64,000 nucleotides of DNA from an uncultured delta proteobacterium (lineage in GTDB: Bacteria; Desulfobacterota; Binatia; UBA9968), in NCBI GenBank assembly GCA_963760795.1, contig CAVXEP010000029.1, forward strand, positions 320,001 to 384,000, written 5' to 3'. Below, piece by piece: positions 18,047 to 27,468 of this stretch. Position 1 is the stretch's first letter; the number at the start of each line of letters is the position of its first letter. The notes under the pieces are model-generated. The model saw only the letters and a program-made list of their open reading frames with translations. It ran no database searches and had not been told where the DNA came from. The translations under genes were made by a program, and so were the position numbers.

Positions 18047-19312
18047 TTGGTAGCCGAGATCCTTCTTGGCTTTGTACTTACAGCGATTGAGAGGGTAAAG
18101 GTTCTGCGCTGCCGTCAATTATTCCCCGCCGCGTTCAGCTTGGCTATTTTGGTTGTTTTCGCTTCGATCACGCCGCTCTGGTCGTTTACCCCGGAGGACG
18201 ATCTGACGGCAAAGTCAGCTCTGCTGATGGATGCCGCCACGGGCAGGATCCTGTTTCAAAAGGAGCCCGACCTGCGGCTGCCGCCGGCGAGCACGACCAA
18301 GGTCATGACCGCCATACTGGCTTTAGAAAGCGGCCGTAAGCTCAGCGAAAGCCTGACGGTTTCGAAAGACGCCACGCGCGTGCCGCCTTCCAAATTGTAC
18401 TTGCGCCCGGGGCAGACGATGCCGATCGAAGAGCTGCTCTACGCCATCATGCTCGCTTCGGCCAATGACGCCAGTGTGGTACTGGCTGAAGGGATCGGCG
18501 GATCGGTGGAACGGTATACCGATCTCATGACCAAAAAAGCCCATAGTTTGGGCGCCATCAACAGTCATTTTACTAATCCCCACGGTCTGACCGCGCCGGA
18601 TCATTATTCGACGACGCGCGATCTGGCGACGATTTTTCGCTACGCCATGAAGATTCCGTTGTTTCGTGAAATCGTCCAGACCAAGTTCAGTTCGGTGAAC
18701 TCGCTGGCGGTGGTAAAAAAGAAAGTCGTGCCGCGGCGCATCTCTGTACGTAACCATAACCGGCTGTTATGGGACTTTGAAGGCGCTCTGGGGGGTAAGA
18801 CCGGTTACACCCACGCGGCGCAACGCTGTTATGTCGGCGCGGTGCAGCGCGACGGCGCGACCTTGATCGTAGCTATCTTGGGCGCGACCAATATGTGGAG
18901 CGACGCCAAACATCTGCTCGCCTATGGCTTCGACAACTATGACATCCTTAAACCCGCGTCGCAGACCACTCAAAAGCCGGTATTCAGCGAAGGCTCGTCG
19001 CGCCAACGGACTTCGATGGTCATCTTACCCGGCAATAACGAGCGGCCTAAATCCGTCGAGGGCTTCGTACTGCAAGTTGGTTCGTTCCGTGAACGGGAAC
19101 GCGCCGAACTGCTGTCGCGGCAGATTAACGAGCTGGGTTTCGACGCGTTTGTCGATGTCGCCGTGGCGGTCGGACACGAACCCGCCTATCGCGTCCAGGT
19201 GGGCCCCTATGCCGAGCTGGTGGCCGCTCAGGAAGTCGCTCAAGTCCTCCTCGCCAAAAACGGCCAGCGGTCATTGATCCGGCAATTCCCGGCAGCGCGC
19301 GAGGCTAGCTGA
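18047..19312 (+). CDS. D-alanyl-D-alanine carboxypeptidase (S11) with C-terminal SPOR domain
   Basis: ASTTK (SxxK), SAND (SxN), NPHGL, KTG; LQVGSF..YRVQVGPY SPOR; true start may be downstream. Confidence 0.9.
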   Translation: MVAEILLGFVLTAIERVKVLRCRQLFPAAFSLAILVVFASITPLWSFTPEDDLTAKSALLMDAATGRILFQKEPDLRLPPASTTKVMTAILALESGRKLSESLTVSKDATRVPPSKLYLRPGQTMPIEELLYAIMLASANDASVVLAEGIGGSVERYTDLMTKKAHSLGAINSHFTNPHGLTAPDHYSTTRDLATIFRYAMKIPLFREIVQTKFSSVNSLAVVKKKVVPRRISVRNHNRLLWDFEGALGGKTGYTHAAQRCYVGAVQRDGATLIVAILGATNMWSDAKHLLAYGFDNYDILKPASQTTQKPVFSEGSSRQRTSMVILPGNNERPKSVEGFVLQVGSFRERERAELLSRQINELGFDAFVDVAVAVGHEPAYRVQVGPYAELVAAQEVAQVLLAKNGQRSLIRQFPAAREAS

Positions 19313-19325
19313 GCGAGAGCGCTGA

Positions 19326-20061
19326 CTAAAGCTCAAGCACCATTCCATCGTCGGCAACCACAGCCGATATTTCGTTTCTACGCGATAGCATTTCTTCGCC
19401 CAGGTGGGTGAGGACGAGCTGCTTGCAGCGCAAACGGTCGAGGTTGGCTGTTAAGGTCTGATAGTTGACATGCATGCCGGGCTGCTCGCGAAAAAACGAA
19501 CATTCACAGAGAAACAAATCGACGCCGCGGGCGTGCTCGATGAAACTCTCGGTCCATAGCGAATCGCCGGAAAACAAAATCTGCTTGCCGTCATAGCCGA
19601 CCTTCAAGGCTAACGAAATCTCGTCGGTTTGGTGCGGCACGCGAAATGGCACGACTTCAATGCCGTTGACGTTAACCGACTTCGTCAGGACGCAAGACCA
19701 CAAAGCGCGTCGGCGGAATCTCCTTGTCATTGGTCGTGCCGCCATACATCACCTGAAACAGCGAGCGGACTTTCGCTTCCGTTCCCGGCGGGCCGGCAAT
19801 CACCAGCGGTTCGAGTCTGGGCCGGAGATACAAATACTCGATGAAGAAAAACGCAATGCCGCCGAAATGATCGCCATGCAAATGGCTCAAAAGGATCGTA
19901 TCGATGCGCCGTGGATCGAAGCCGGCGCGCTTGAGCGCCAATAAAGTCGTCGGCCCGCAGTCGAGCAGAAATATCTTGTCCGCAGTTTCGACAAGGTAGC
20001 CGCTCTGATTGCGCCCGCCGCTGCCAAAGGCATCGCCACAGCCGAGAATGTGCAGTTTCAT
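19326..20061 (-). CDS. MBL-fold metallohydrolase (RNase Z-like), +1 frameshift at ~19682
   Basis: LGCGDAFGSGGR, LLDCG, SHLHGDHFGG, then FSGDS, LCEC, LTHLG in the next frame. Confidence 0.85.
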
Positions 20062-20200
20062 ACTGGCAGTTGAACTCCGCTTACACCGTACCTAACATCG
20101 CAACTGGCGCGTTAGCAATGCCGTGTAATGACCATCGCGGCTCGTTCGCTGCCCCAGGGATAAGTTGCTTTTTCGCCAGCGTGCGACTAAAGTCGCCGTC

Positions 20201-20653
20201 GTGGCAGAAGTCAAGCGGCCGTTTTTCACCTCTTATAGCACCAGCCTTTGGGTTCGTTTTCTCCGTTTTAGTTTGCGTTCGCACAAGAAGCTTGAGGACG
20301 ACTTGCAAGAATTAGGGCTGACACCGCCGCAATTCTACGTGCTGGCGACCATCGGTTATGCCGGCAGCCTGCCCTTCGGCGAGATCGGCGCGAAAATGTT
20401 GGTGACGGTGAGCAATCTCACCGGCATTGTCGACCGGCTTGAGGGTAAAAAATTCGTCGCGCGCAAGCGTGACGAGAAAGACCGCCGGGTCGTCCATGTG
20501 GTGCTGACCGACAAGGGCGCTAAACTATACAAGAGCACGATTCCGTTATTCGAAAAATGCGTCGGGGAGATTTTCGCCGGGCTGAGCGAGGCCAATCAGA
20601 AACAGCTGTCGGCGCTACTGCGGCAGCTCGATCATGAACCCGTGGCGAAGTGA
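20201..20653 (+). CDS. MarR-family transcriptional regulator
   Basis: GLTPPQFYVL..SNLTGIVDRLE..DRR..LTDKG. Confidence 0.9.
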   Translation: MAEVKRPFFTSYSTSLWVRFLRFSLRSHKKLEDDLQELGLTPPQFYVLATIGYAGSLPFGEIGAKMLVTVSNLTGIVDRLEGKKFVARKRDEKDRRVVHVVLTDKGAKLYKSTIPLFEKCVGEIFAGLSEANQKQLSALLRQLDHEPVAK

Positions 20654-20764
20654 CCGGCGGGCGGCGAGGCGCTAGCCGTAATCTCGCAATATCGATTCTT
20701 AGTTTTCATTGTTTAGAAGTTAGAGGTCGGTTTTCAGAGGTCAGACGGACGATGCTCCGTTTGA

Positions 20765-20809
20765 TTGACACCGAATATTGGCAAGTTATAACAGTTTAAA
20801 CGTTAACTA
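20765..20809 (+). promoter_or_regulatory. sigma70 promoter with adjacent palindromic operator
   Basis: TTGACA-N16-TATAAC followed by AGTTTA-AACG-TTAACT imperfect palindrome. Confidence 0.7.
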
Positions 20810-20831
20810 ATTTTCCTAGGCGTTAATTTCC

Positions 20832-22047
20832 ATGGCAGACGAAAACAACAAACCGCTGGGACTCGAACGAGTTAAAAAATGGCTTTATGCCAAGGGACTC
20901 GACGAGCGCGGCAGCGGCTGTGTGCTTTGCGGGTCGTGCTATGGCCATGGGCCGGCCAATCCGATGGAGGATGTGCCTGGGCCGAAAGAAAAATGTCCAC
21001 CTTATGAGTACTACAAATTTCAGCGTCACACGCCGAAATCGCGCTGGCTGATGGCGCAGCGGGTGTTTCATGGTCTCGATCCGATCACGCCGGAGCTGAA
21101 AGAGGTGATGTACGCCTGCACAAACTGTCTGATGTGCCAGGAACTCTGCGGCGTGCGCGGCGATGGTTACGGGCCATGGGATATCACGGTGGCGATGCGC
21201 GAGGAAATCACCGAAAAAGACGGTCCATTGCCGGCGCACCGGCCGATTTACGATGGACTCCAACGATATGACAGTCCTTGGGGGCAAACCACGCGCGGCG
21301 CATGGGCCGCTGGCTTGGGACTCAAACAACTCAGCGACGGCAAAGCTTCGACGTTACTATTTGCCGGCTGTTCGGCGGACCGCGCCAGCGGCAAGAGCGG
21401 CGCCATCGCACTGGCCAAGCTGATGCAAAAGGCCGGTGAGGATTTCGCGATACTCGGCGACCGGGAAAAATGCTGCGGACTGTACGCCTTCGATCTCGGT
21501 TTCCGCCGCGAGTACGAGCGTTTAAAAGACGCCAATCTGACGACGTTGACGCATGCAGGAGTCAAGAAAGTCATCATTGCTTGCGGCAGTTGCCAACGCA
21601 TCTGGCGCGAGTACGCCAAAGAAGCGAGCGGCTTTGAAAGTGATGCATGGCGTCGAGTTCGTCGCTCAGGCGGTCAAAGCTGGGCGGCTCAAGTTTATCA
21701 AGCCGATCGCCAAGAAAGTAACTTACCACGATTCTTGTCACCTCGGCCGCGGCTGCGGTATTTACGATCCGCCGCGGCAAATTCTCCGGGCGATTCCTGG
21801 CCTGCAACTGGTCGAGATGGAGCGCAACCGGCGCTGGGCCTGGTGTTGCGGCGGCGGCGGCGGCGTGCCGGAAGCCGATCCCGATTTAGCGCGGTGGAAC
21901 GCGGCGGACCGCATGCGCGAAGCGTGCGCCAGCGGCGCCGAGTTGATGCTGACCTCGAGCGCGCTGTGCCAACGGTCCTTCGGCGAATTGCCCGATGGCG
22001 GGCTGCCGACCGAAGATTTACTCGAATTTATTTTGCCGGCGCTTTAA
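20832..22047 (+). CDS. Fe-S / CCG-domain oxidoreductase (HdrD/GlpC/GlcF-like), +1 frameshift at ~21620
   Basis: CVLCGSC, CTNCLMCQELC, FAGC, EKCCG, CGSC; then YHDSCHLGR, WCCGGGGG in the second frame. Confidence 0.85.
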
Positions 22048-22058
22048 ATTTTTAATTT

Positions 22059-22793
22059 ATGGTCAAAGAACCGCACTTCACACCGCAACGGATGCTCAAT
22101 ATGCTCGGGCTCAAGTCGAACTCGCTGGGTCCCTACGCACTGCTCCCCGGTCCGAAGGAACGCAGTGAGATGATGTTGAAACTTTTGGAGGCGCCGCAAA
22201 AGAGTTTCACTTTCCTCGACTACGAGATGCACACCGGTGGGCTCGACGGCAAGCGCGTCAGCATCGGTAACGGCGGCCGCTACGCGCCGGACACCGCGAT
22301 TACCACCGAAATTCTTTGCGGCGCCGGCGCGGAATCTTTGATCCGTGTCGGCAGCTGCGGCTCGCTGCAAGACCACGTCAAGATCGGCGATCTGGTGATT
22401 GTCACCGGGGCCCTGCGCGGCGACGGCACCTCGCGCTACTACGTCGCTGAGAATTTTTCCACTGTGGCCGACGCGAGTATCGTCGCGGCCTTGACGCGGG
22501 CGGCGGAGGATTTAAAAGTCCGCTATCATCTTGGCTGGATCTTCACCACCGACGCATTGTTTCAAGAGACGCCGGAACTGATCGACCAACTGAACCAGCA
22601 AAACGTCTCGAGCATTGACATGGTGACCTCAGCCTTCTTGACCATCGCGCAGGTGCGCGGCAAAAAAGCCGGCGCGGTGCTGGCGGTGTCGGATGAATGT
22701 CTCTATGGCAAGTTCGGCTTTCGCGATCCGGGGTTTTTCGCAGCCGAGCAGAAGACCATCGAAGTGGCGCGCCAAGCACTCCAATACCTTTAG
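22059..22793 (+). CDS. Nucleoside phosphorylase (PNP/UDP family)
   Basis: LLPG..ER, LIRVGSCGSL, GDLVI..RGDGTS, TTDALF, DMVTSA, LAVSD. Confidence 0.9.
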   Translation: MVKEPHFTPQRMLNMLGLKSNSLGPYALLPGPKERSEMMLKLLEAPQKSFTFLDYEMHTGGLDGKRVSIGNGGRYAPDTAITTEILCGAGAESLIRVGSCGSLQDHVKIGDLVIVTGALRGDGTSRYYVAENFSTVADASIVAALTRAAEDLKVRYHLGWIFTTDALFQETPELIDQLNQQNVSSIDMVTSAFLTIAQVRGKKAGAVLAVSDECLYGKFGFRDPGFFAAEQKTIEVARQALQYL

Positions 22794-22819
22794 CCATCTC
22801 TTTTCATTGAGCTAAGAAA

Positions 22820-24337
22820 ATGAGCGTCGTCCAAAGTCCGCTGTTTGAACCGGTTCTCTGGCACGATGGCGGCTTCAAAATTCTCGATGAGATCCAAGTC
22901 CCGCAAAAACTCGAGTACATTGAAGTGACAGAGGTCGCCCAGGCGCTCGATGCCGTGCGCGAAATGAAGACCCGCGCCTTCGGCCAGGTGCTGACCTTTC
23001 TCTACAGCAATGCGCTGGTGGCGCAGCAATACCCGGGCGATGACCCGGCGCCGCTGCGCCTGCGGTTGGCGCAGTTAACCCAGCAATTTTGCGACGTCCG
23101 TCCGACCTTCGATTTTCGCAGTCTCGGCGGTTTCGTCGCTGAGTTTTTCGACAAGTTACCGGCTAATGGCCCAGTTGGCGAAACCATCGCGCGCCAGGCG
23201 CGCGAGTTCGGCGGGCAAATCACCCGGGCGCGCAGCGCCCGCGCTAAACGCACCGCCGCGATCCTGCCCAATCCGGCGCGGGTGTTGACTCATTGTAACA
23301 TCAGCGGCGAGTTGGTCGCGGTGGCGGCTTACTGCAAGGAGCTCGGCAAAGAGTTCTCCGTCATCGCCACCGAAACCCGGCCCTACTTGCAGGGCGCGCG
23401 GCTGACCGCCTGGGAGTTGGCTCAAGCTGGCGTGAAAGTTTCTTTGATCCCCGACTGCGCGGTGGCGCAGGTGATGGCCCAGGGCGAAGTCAACGCGGTG
23501 ATCGTCGGCGCCGACCGGGTGGCGCAAAACGGCGATGTCATCAACAAAGTCGGCACCTACCCCATCGCGCGCATGGCCAAAGTGTACGGCGTGCCGTTTC
23601 ACGCGCTGGTGCAAGATCCGCGTTCGCTCGCGCGCGGCGCCGATGTGGCCATCGAGGAGCGGCCGGCCGAGGAACTATTAGTCTATCATGGCCGCTCATT
23701 GGTCGCCGGCGAGCAAGCGCATCTCAAAGTGCGCTATCCATCGTTCGATCTGACGCCGCAGGAGTTTATCACCAACTATGTCGGCCTGGACGGTCTTTAC
23801 ACACCGGAAACCTTTCGGCTGAAATACCAGGCGGGAGCCGCGGTTGATGCGAGGGTGCCGCGCGCCGGCGCAAAATATTTGCTGATCTACGGCGTGCCGC
23901 CGCCGAGCCAATACGCTTTTTTGCTGAGCGCGTTGAAGGCGGAAAGAGCTGAGAGCTTCTTGGTTCCCGAAATGCGCCCGGAGCTGTGGGGCGCGCGCGT
24001 GATCGTAGCAGAATTGCTCAAGCGCAATGCCCCGACCACGGTGATTTCCGACAACATGATGGGCACGTTGTTCGCGCAGGGTGAGATTGGCAAGCTATGC
24101 TTTTTCTATGACAGTTTGGCGGCCGCGGGACCGCAGGGGATTTGCGGTTCGCTCTTGGCGGTGCAGCTGGCGCATTTGCATGGTGTCCCCATCGAGCTGT
24201 TTAGCGGCGAGAGCCGCAAAGAATCGACTCATGATAGCGATGTGACGACCTTTCTCGGCGAGCCGATTTGTCCGGCCGGCGTCGCGGTACGAGCCGTTGC
24301 GTCGGAAGTGGTGCCCTGGGGTTTATTCAAAAATTAG
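22820..24337 (+). CDS. MtnA-like ribose-1-phosphate isomerase with extra C-terminal eIF2B-like domain
   Basis: RPT, LTHCN, ETRPYLQGARLTAWEL, VGADRVAQNGDVINKVGTY, IEERP; degenerate second copy EMRPELWGAR..VISDN. Confidence 0.85.
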   Translation: MSVVQSPLFEPVLWHDGGFKILDEIQVPQKLEYIEVTEVAQALDAVREMKTRAFGQVLTFLYSNALVAQQYPGDDPAPLRLRLAQLTQQFCDVRPTFDFRSLGGFVAEFFDKLPANGPVGETIARQAREFGGQITRARSARAKRTAAILPNPARVLTHCNISGELVAVAAYCKELGKEFSVIATETRPYLQGARLTAWELAQAGVKVSLIPDCAVAQVMAQGEVNAVIVGADRVAQNGDVINKVGTYPIARMAKVYGVPFHALVQDPRSLARGADVAIEERPAEELLVYHGRSLVAGEQAHLKVRYPSFDLTPQEFITNYVGLDGLYTPETFRLKYQAGAAVDARVPRAGAKYLLIYGVPPPSQYAFLLSALKAERAESFLVPEMRPELWGARVIVAELLKRNAPTTVISDNMMGTLFAQGEIGKLCFFYDSLAAAGPQGICGSLLAVQLAHLHGVPIELFSGESRKESTHDSDVTTFLGEPICPAGVAVRAVASEVVPWGLFKN

Positions 24338-24350
24338 CTAAGATTTACCT

Positions 24351-25343
24351 GTGGCTAAAATTGACAGTGAAATAATACGCTGGGGCGAGCGGCTCTTCGA
24401 GCGCCGGCTGATCAGCGGCTGGGGCGGCAATCTGAGTTGCCGTGTCGGAGAAAACGATTTCCTCATCACCGGCCAGCATGCGCCGCTCGGTTTCTTAACG
24501 ACGAAAGATTTGGTGCGTATCGACGCCGACGGCAAACCGGTCAAGAAAAGCCAGCGCGCTTCGAGTGAAACGCCGATGCATTTGGCGGTCTACGCCGGCA
24601 CCGACGCTCAGGCGATCGTCCATGTGCACCCGCCGATGGTGCTGGCGTTCTCGTTGTCGCACGACAGCTTCGCGCCGCTCAGCTATGAGGAGAAGTACAC
24701 CATCGGCAAGGTGCCGGTGATTCCCCAGGACACGCCGACGGTGACCAAACCGCAAGCGGTGGTCGAGGCGCTTAAATATAATCCGGTCGCGATCATCAAA
24801 GGCCATGGCACGGTGGCGATCGGCAAAACTTTTCAAGAAGCGTTTCTTTACACCGACCTGCTCGAAGAAGCGGTGCATTGCCAATTCTTCCAAAGCGGCA
24901 TCGCCGGGGAACATAAACCGAATGGGCAAACTGATGCGCCGGTCGCGGCCGCCGCAGTGGGGAAAGTGTATGAGCTGTTCTCGCACGATCATATGGCCGC
25001 CCTGGTCGACAGTGCCAACGGCGACGGTGACTGTCGCCAGTTTGGCGGCGATACCAATCTGACGACATCGCTGACCTTGCACATGGAAGATAGCGATGCG
25101 GCGTGGACGGTGCAGTTCATTGCCGGCGAGATTACCGCGTTAACCGATAAATCCGACGGCGATTTTCTCATCAGCGGCAAGGCCGAATGGTGGCGCGCGG
25201 TGTTCAGCAATAAGATCGATGCATTTTTAGCGACGCAGCAGGGTAAATTGAAACTCAAACGAGGCGAACTGGCGCAGTTGTCGCGCTGGTACAAACCATT
25301 TCAGAGGGCATTTGCGCTATGGCAAACCATACCGATTCACTAG
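24351..25343 (+). CDS. Class II aldolase fused to SCP2-like lipid-binding domain
   Basis: GGNLS, SSETPMH, VHVHP, KGHG; C-terminus LFS....DFLISG..WW.AVF..IDAFLATQQGKLKLKRG. Confidence 0.8.
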   Translation: MAKIDSEIIRWGERLFERRLISGWGGNLSCRVGENDFLITGQHAPLGFLTTKDLVRIDADGKPVKKSQRASSETPMHLAVYAGTDAQAIVHVHPPMVLAFSLSHDSFAPLSYEEKYTIGKVPVIPQDTPTVTKPQAVVEALKYNPVAIIKGHGTVAIGKTFQEAFLYTDLLEEAVHCQFFQSGIAGEHKPNGQTDAPVAAAAVGKVYELFSHDHMAALVDSANGDGDCRQFGGDTNLTTSLTLHMEDSDAAWTVQFIAGEITALTDKSDGDFLISGKAEWWRAVFSNKIDAFLATQQGKLKLKRGELAQLSRWYKPFQRAFALWQTIPIH

Positions 25344-26848
25344 GTTTTTACGCCGCTGAAGTTTTACAGCGGACGGCGGCGCGCCAACCGGACAAGACCG
25401 CGATCATCGCCAAGGAAGAGGAGCTGACTTTCGCCGCGCTCAATCAGCGCGTGCAAGCGCTGGCCGGCCACTTGATCGCAGACGGCATCCGCCAGGGCGA
25501 TCGGGTCGGCGTGCTGCTGCCGAACTCCACGGCGATACCGCTCGCTTATTATTCAACCCAGAAGATCGGCGCCGTGACCGTGATCCTCGACGCGCGCTTG
25601 AAGGGCAAAGAGCTAGAAGGCGTGTTGCAGGACGCCGATTTGAAACTGTTGGTGGTGCACCAGACGCTTTATTCGGAGGTCGAAGAGATTTTTAAATCTA
25701 TCGCGCCGATACCGGTCTGGATCGCCGGTGGCACGGGCCAGCGCAGTTTCGAGCAACGTTTGAGCGCGGCCGCCGCGGTGACGGGCTTGCCCAACTTTAA
25801 CCCTGACGACGATGCCTTGATACTTTACACCTCGGGCACCACGGGTGAGCCGAAAGGCGTGGTGCTGACCTATCGCAATCTGCTGCAGTATCCCAAGGTG
25901 ATGGGCGCCATGAACGTCTGCGATGCCACGACGATACGCGGCTGCGTGTTGCCGATGTCGCATATCGTCGGTCCGGTGGTATGTAACGAGTTGGCGGAAA
26001 AGGGTTACACGCTGGTGATCTTCGACCAGATCAATCCAGTTACCTTACTCGAAGGCATTCAAAAATACCGGGTCAATGTTTTCGAAAGCGTGCCCATCGT
26101 GTTTCAGCTTTTGCTCGGCGTGAAAAACTTGGCTAGCTACGACACCAGCAGCATGAAGATCGCCGCGATGATGGGCACGAGCATTCCGATGCCGCTGTTG
26201 CGCGCGTTCCAAACCGCCCAGCCGCATATCAAAGTCATCCAAGGTTACGGTCTGACGGAAACTTCGCCGATGATCACGCTGGTCGAGCCGGGAAAAGCGG
26301 AAGCCAAGATGGGCAGCATCGGCCGCGCCGTACCAGGCGTAGAAGTGAAGATCGTCGATGACAACGACAACGAGGTTCCCATGGGCGAAGCCGGCGAGAT
26401 CATCACCCGCGGCCCCCATGTCATGAAAGGCTACTTTCGCCGCGTCGATGCGACGGCAGAACGCATCCGCAACGGCTGGCTCTACACCGGCGATGTCGGC
26501 AAGGTCGAAGCGGATGGCTACTACTATCATCTCGGCCGGCGCGACGACATGATCATCACCGGCGGTTTGAACGTCTATCCCGCCGAAGTGGAGAATCTGA
26601 TTTACACCTATCCTGGCGTGCAGGAGACCATCGTCTTCGCCATCCCCGATGCCAAGCGCGGCCAAGTGATCGGCGCCGCGATTGTACCGCGGCCGGGCGC
26701 GACGGTGGTCGAAAAAGAGCTGCTGAGTTTTCTGCGCGCCAACCTGGCCAATTTCAAAGCGCCCGACCAGATCGTTATCCGCGAGTCGCTGCCGCGCACC
26801 TCGTCGGGCAAGACGATCCGCGATGCGGCGACGCTGCTGGGGAACTAG
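25319..26848 (+). CDS. AMP-forming acyl-CoA synthetase (long-chain fatty acid-CoA ligase-like)
   Basis: YTSGTTGEPKG, GYGLTE, TGDVG, GRRDDMIITGGLNVYPAEVE, LPRTSSGK. Confidence 0.92.
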   Translation: MANHTDSLGFYAAEVLQRTAARQPDKTAIIAKEEELTFAALNQRVQALAGHLIADGIRQGDRVGVLLPNSTAIPLAYYSTQKIGAVTVILDARLKGKELEGVLQDADLKLLVVHQTLYSEVEEIFKSIAPIPVWIAGGTGQRSFEQRLSAAAAVTGLPNFNPDDDALILYTSGTTGEPKGVVLTYRNLLQYPKVMGAMNVCDATTIRGCVLPMSHIVGPVVCNELAEKGYTLVIFDQINPVTLLEGIQKYRVNVFESVPIVFQLLLGVKNLASYDTSSMKIAAMMGTSIPMPLLRAFQTAQPHIKVIQGYGLTETSPMITLVEPGKAEAKMGSIGRAVPGVEVKIVDDNDNEVPMGEAGEIITRGPHVMKGYFRRVDATAERIRNGWLYTGDVGKVEADGYYYHLGRRDDMIITGGLNVYPAEVENLIYTYPGVQETIVFAIPDAKRGQVIGAAIVPRPGATVVEKELLSFLRANLANFKAPDQIVIRESLPRTSSGKTIRDAATLLGN

Positions 26849-26857
26849 TTCGGAATT

Positions 26858-26960
26858 CACCACGAAGGACACGAAGAGCACGAAGGGCGGAGTTGTGGCC
26901 GCAAAGAACGCAAAAAAGAGTTGCGTCTTGTGCAAGGGGCGGGTTTCAAACCCGCCCCTT
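26858..26960. repeat. Cluster of short intergenic repeats including a REP-like palindrome
   Basis: CACCACGAAGGACACGAAGAGCACGAAG; CGCAAAGAACGCAAA; perfect IR AAGGGGCGGGTTT-C-AAACCCGCCCCTT (26934-26960). Confidence 0.75.
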
Positions 26961-27000
26961 GGCATCGCGTCTTAGTTCGAGGTCTTTCTAGGTGCGCCGA

Positions 27001-27333
27001 ATGAAAAAAACTACGGCTAAAGTCATCGACAGCGGCGAAGAGCTGCTGGCGACGTTCACGAGCGCGGCAGGGATCATTCTCGCTGTCACCGAGAACCGCA
27101 ATTGGATCGAAGTGTTTTTCGACGGTGTGATCATGCACACCGAGACCGTTAATCTGCCGGCGGGCAAGCTCTTCAATATCTACGTCGAAGAGATCGCGCA
27201 TAAGTCGACTGTTTACGAGCATCCGCGCACGATGATCTTTTTTGACGGACCGTACAATCTGCGCGTGACGCGCGACGGCGAGCGGGTGATTGTCACCGGC
27301 ACGCCCAACCCACGCGAGAACTTGGCGTGTTGA
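27001..27333 (+). CDS. Hypothetical protein (beta-rich)
   Basis: 110-aa ORF with coding-like codon usage between repeat clusters. Confidence 0.7.
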   Translation: MKKTTAKVIDSGEELLATFTSAAGIILAVTENRNWIEVFFDGVIMHTETVNLPAGKLFNIYVEEIAHKSTVYEHPRTMIFFDGPYNLRVTRDGERVIVTGTPNPRENLAC

Positions 27334-27349
27334 ATCGGAGAAGAAATCT

Positions 27350-27460
27350 CACCACAGAGATCACAGAGTAAAAGATTCGGAACCGGAAAATTAACCGCAA
27401 CGGGCGCAAAGAACGCAAAAAAGCTTGCCGAAATGTAGCGGCGGGTTTGAAATCCGCCCT
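27350..27460. repeat. Second short-repeat cluster
   Basis: CACCACAGAGATCACAGAG; AACCGCAACGGGCGCAAAGAACGCAAA; GTAGCGGCGGGTTTGAAATCCGCCC (REP-like, GTAG start). Confidence 0.7.
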
Positions 27461-27468
27461 CTGGGCTT

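Noticed and set aside
21600-21640. Programmed ribosomal frameshift or selenocysteine recoding in the CCG gene
   Set aside because: There is no canonical slippery heptamer or in-frame TGA at a Cys position, and the same +1 pattern occurs in unrelated genes.
22059-25343. Fluorometabolite pathway (phosphorylase, isomerase, aldolase as in Streptomyces cattleya)
   Set aside because: No fluorinase or chlorinase gene is in the window, and the crcB copy is distant and broken.
26045-26965. Long antisense ORFs (also 27745-28518, 24495-25082, 45585-46166)
   Set aside because: They are shadow frames opposite well-supported genes in GC-rich DNA.
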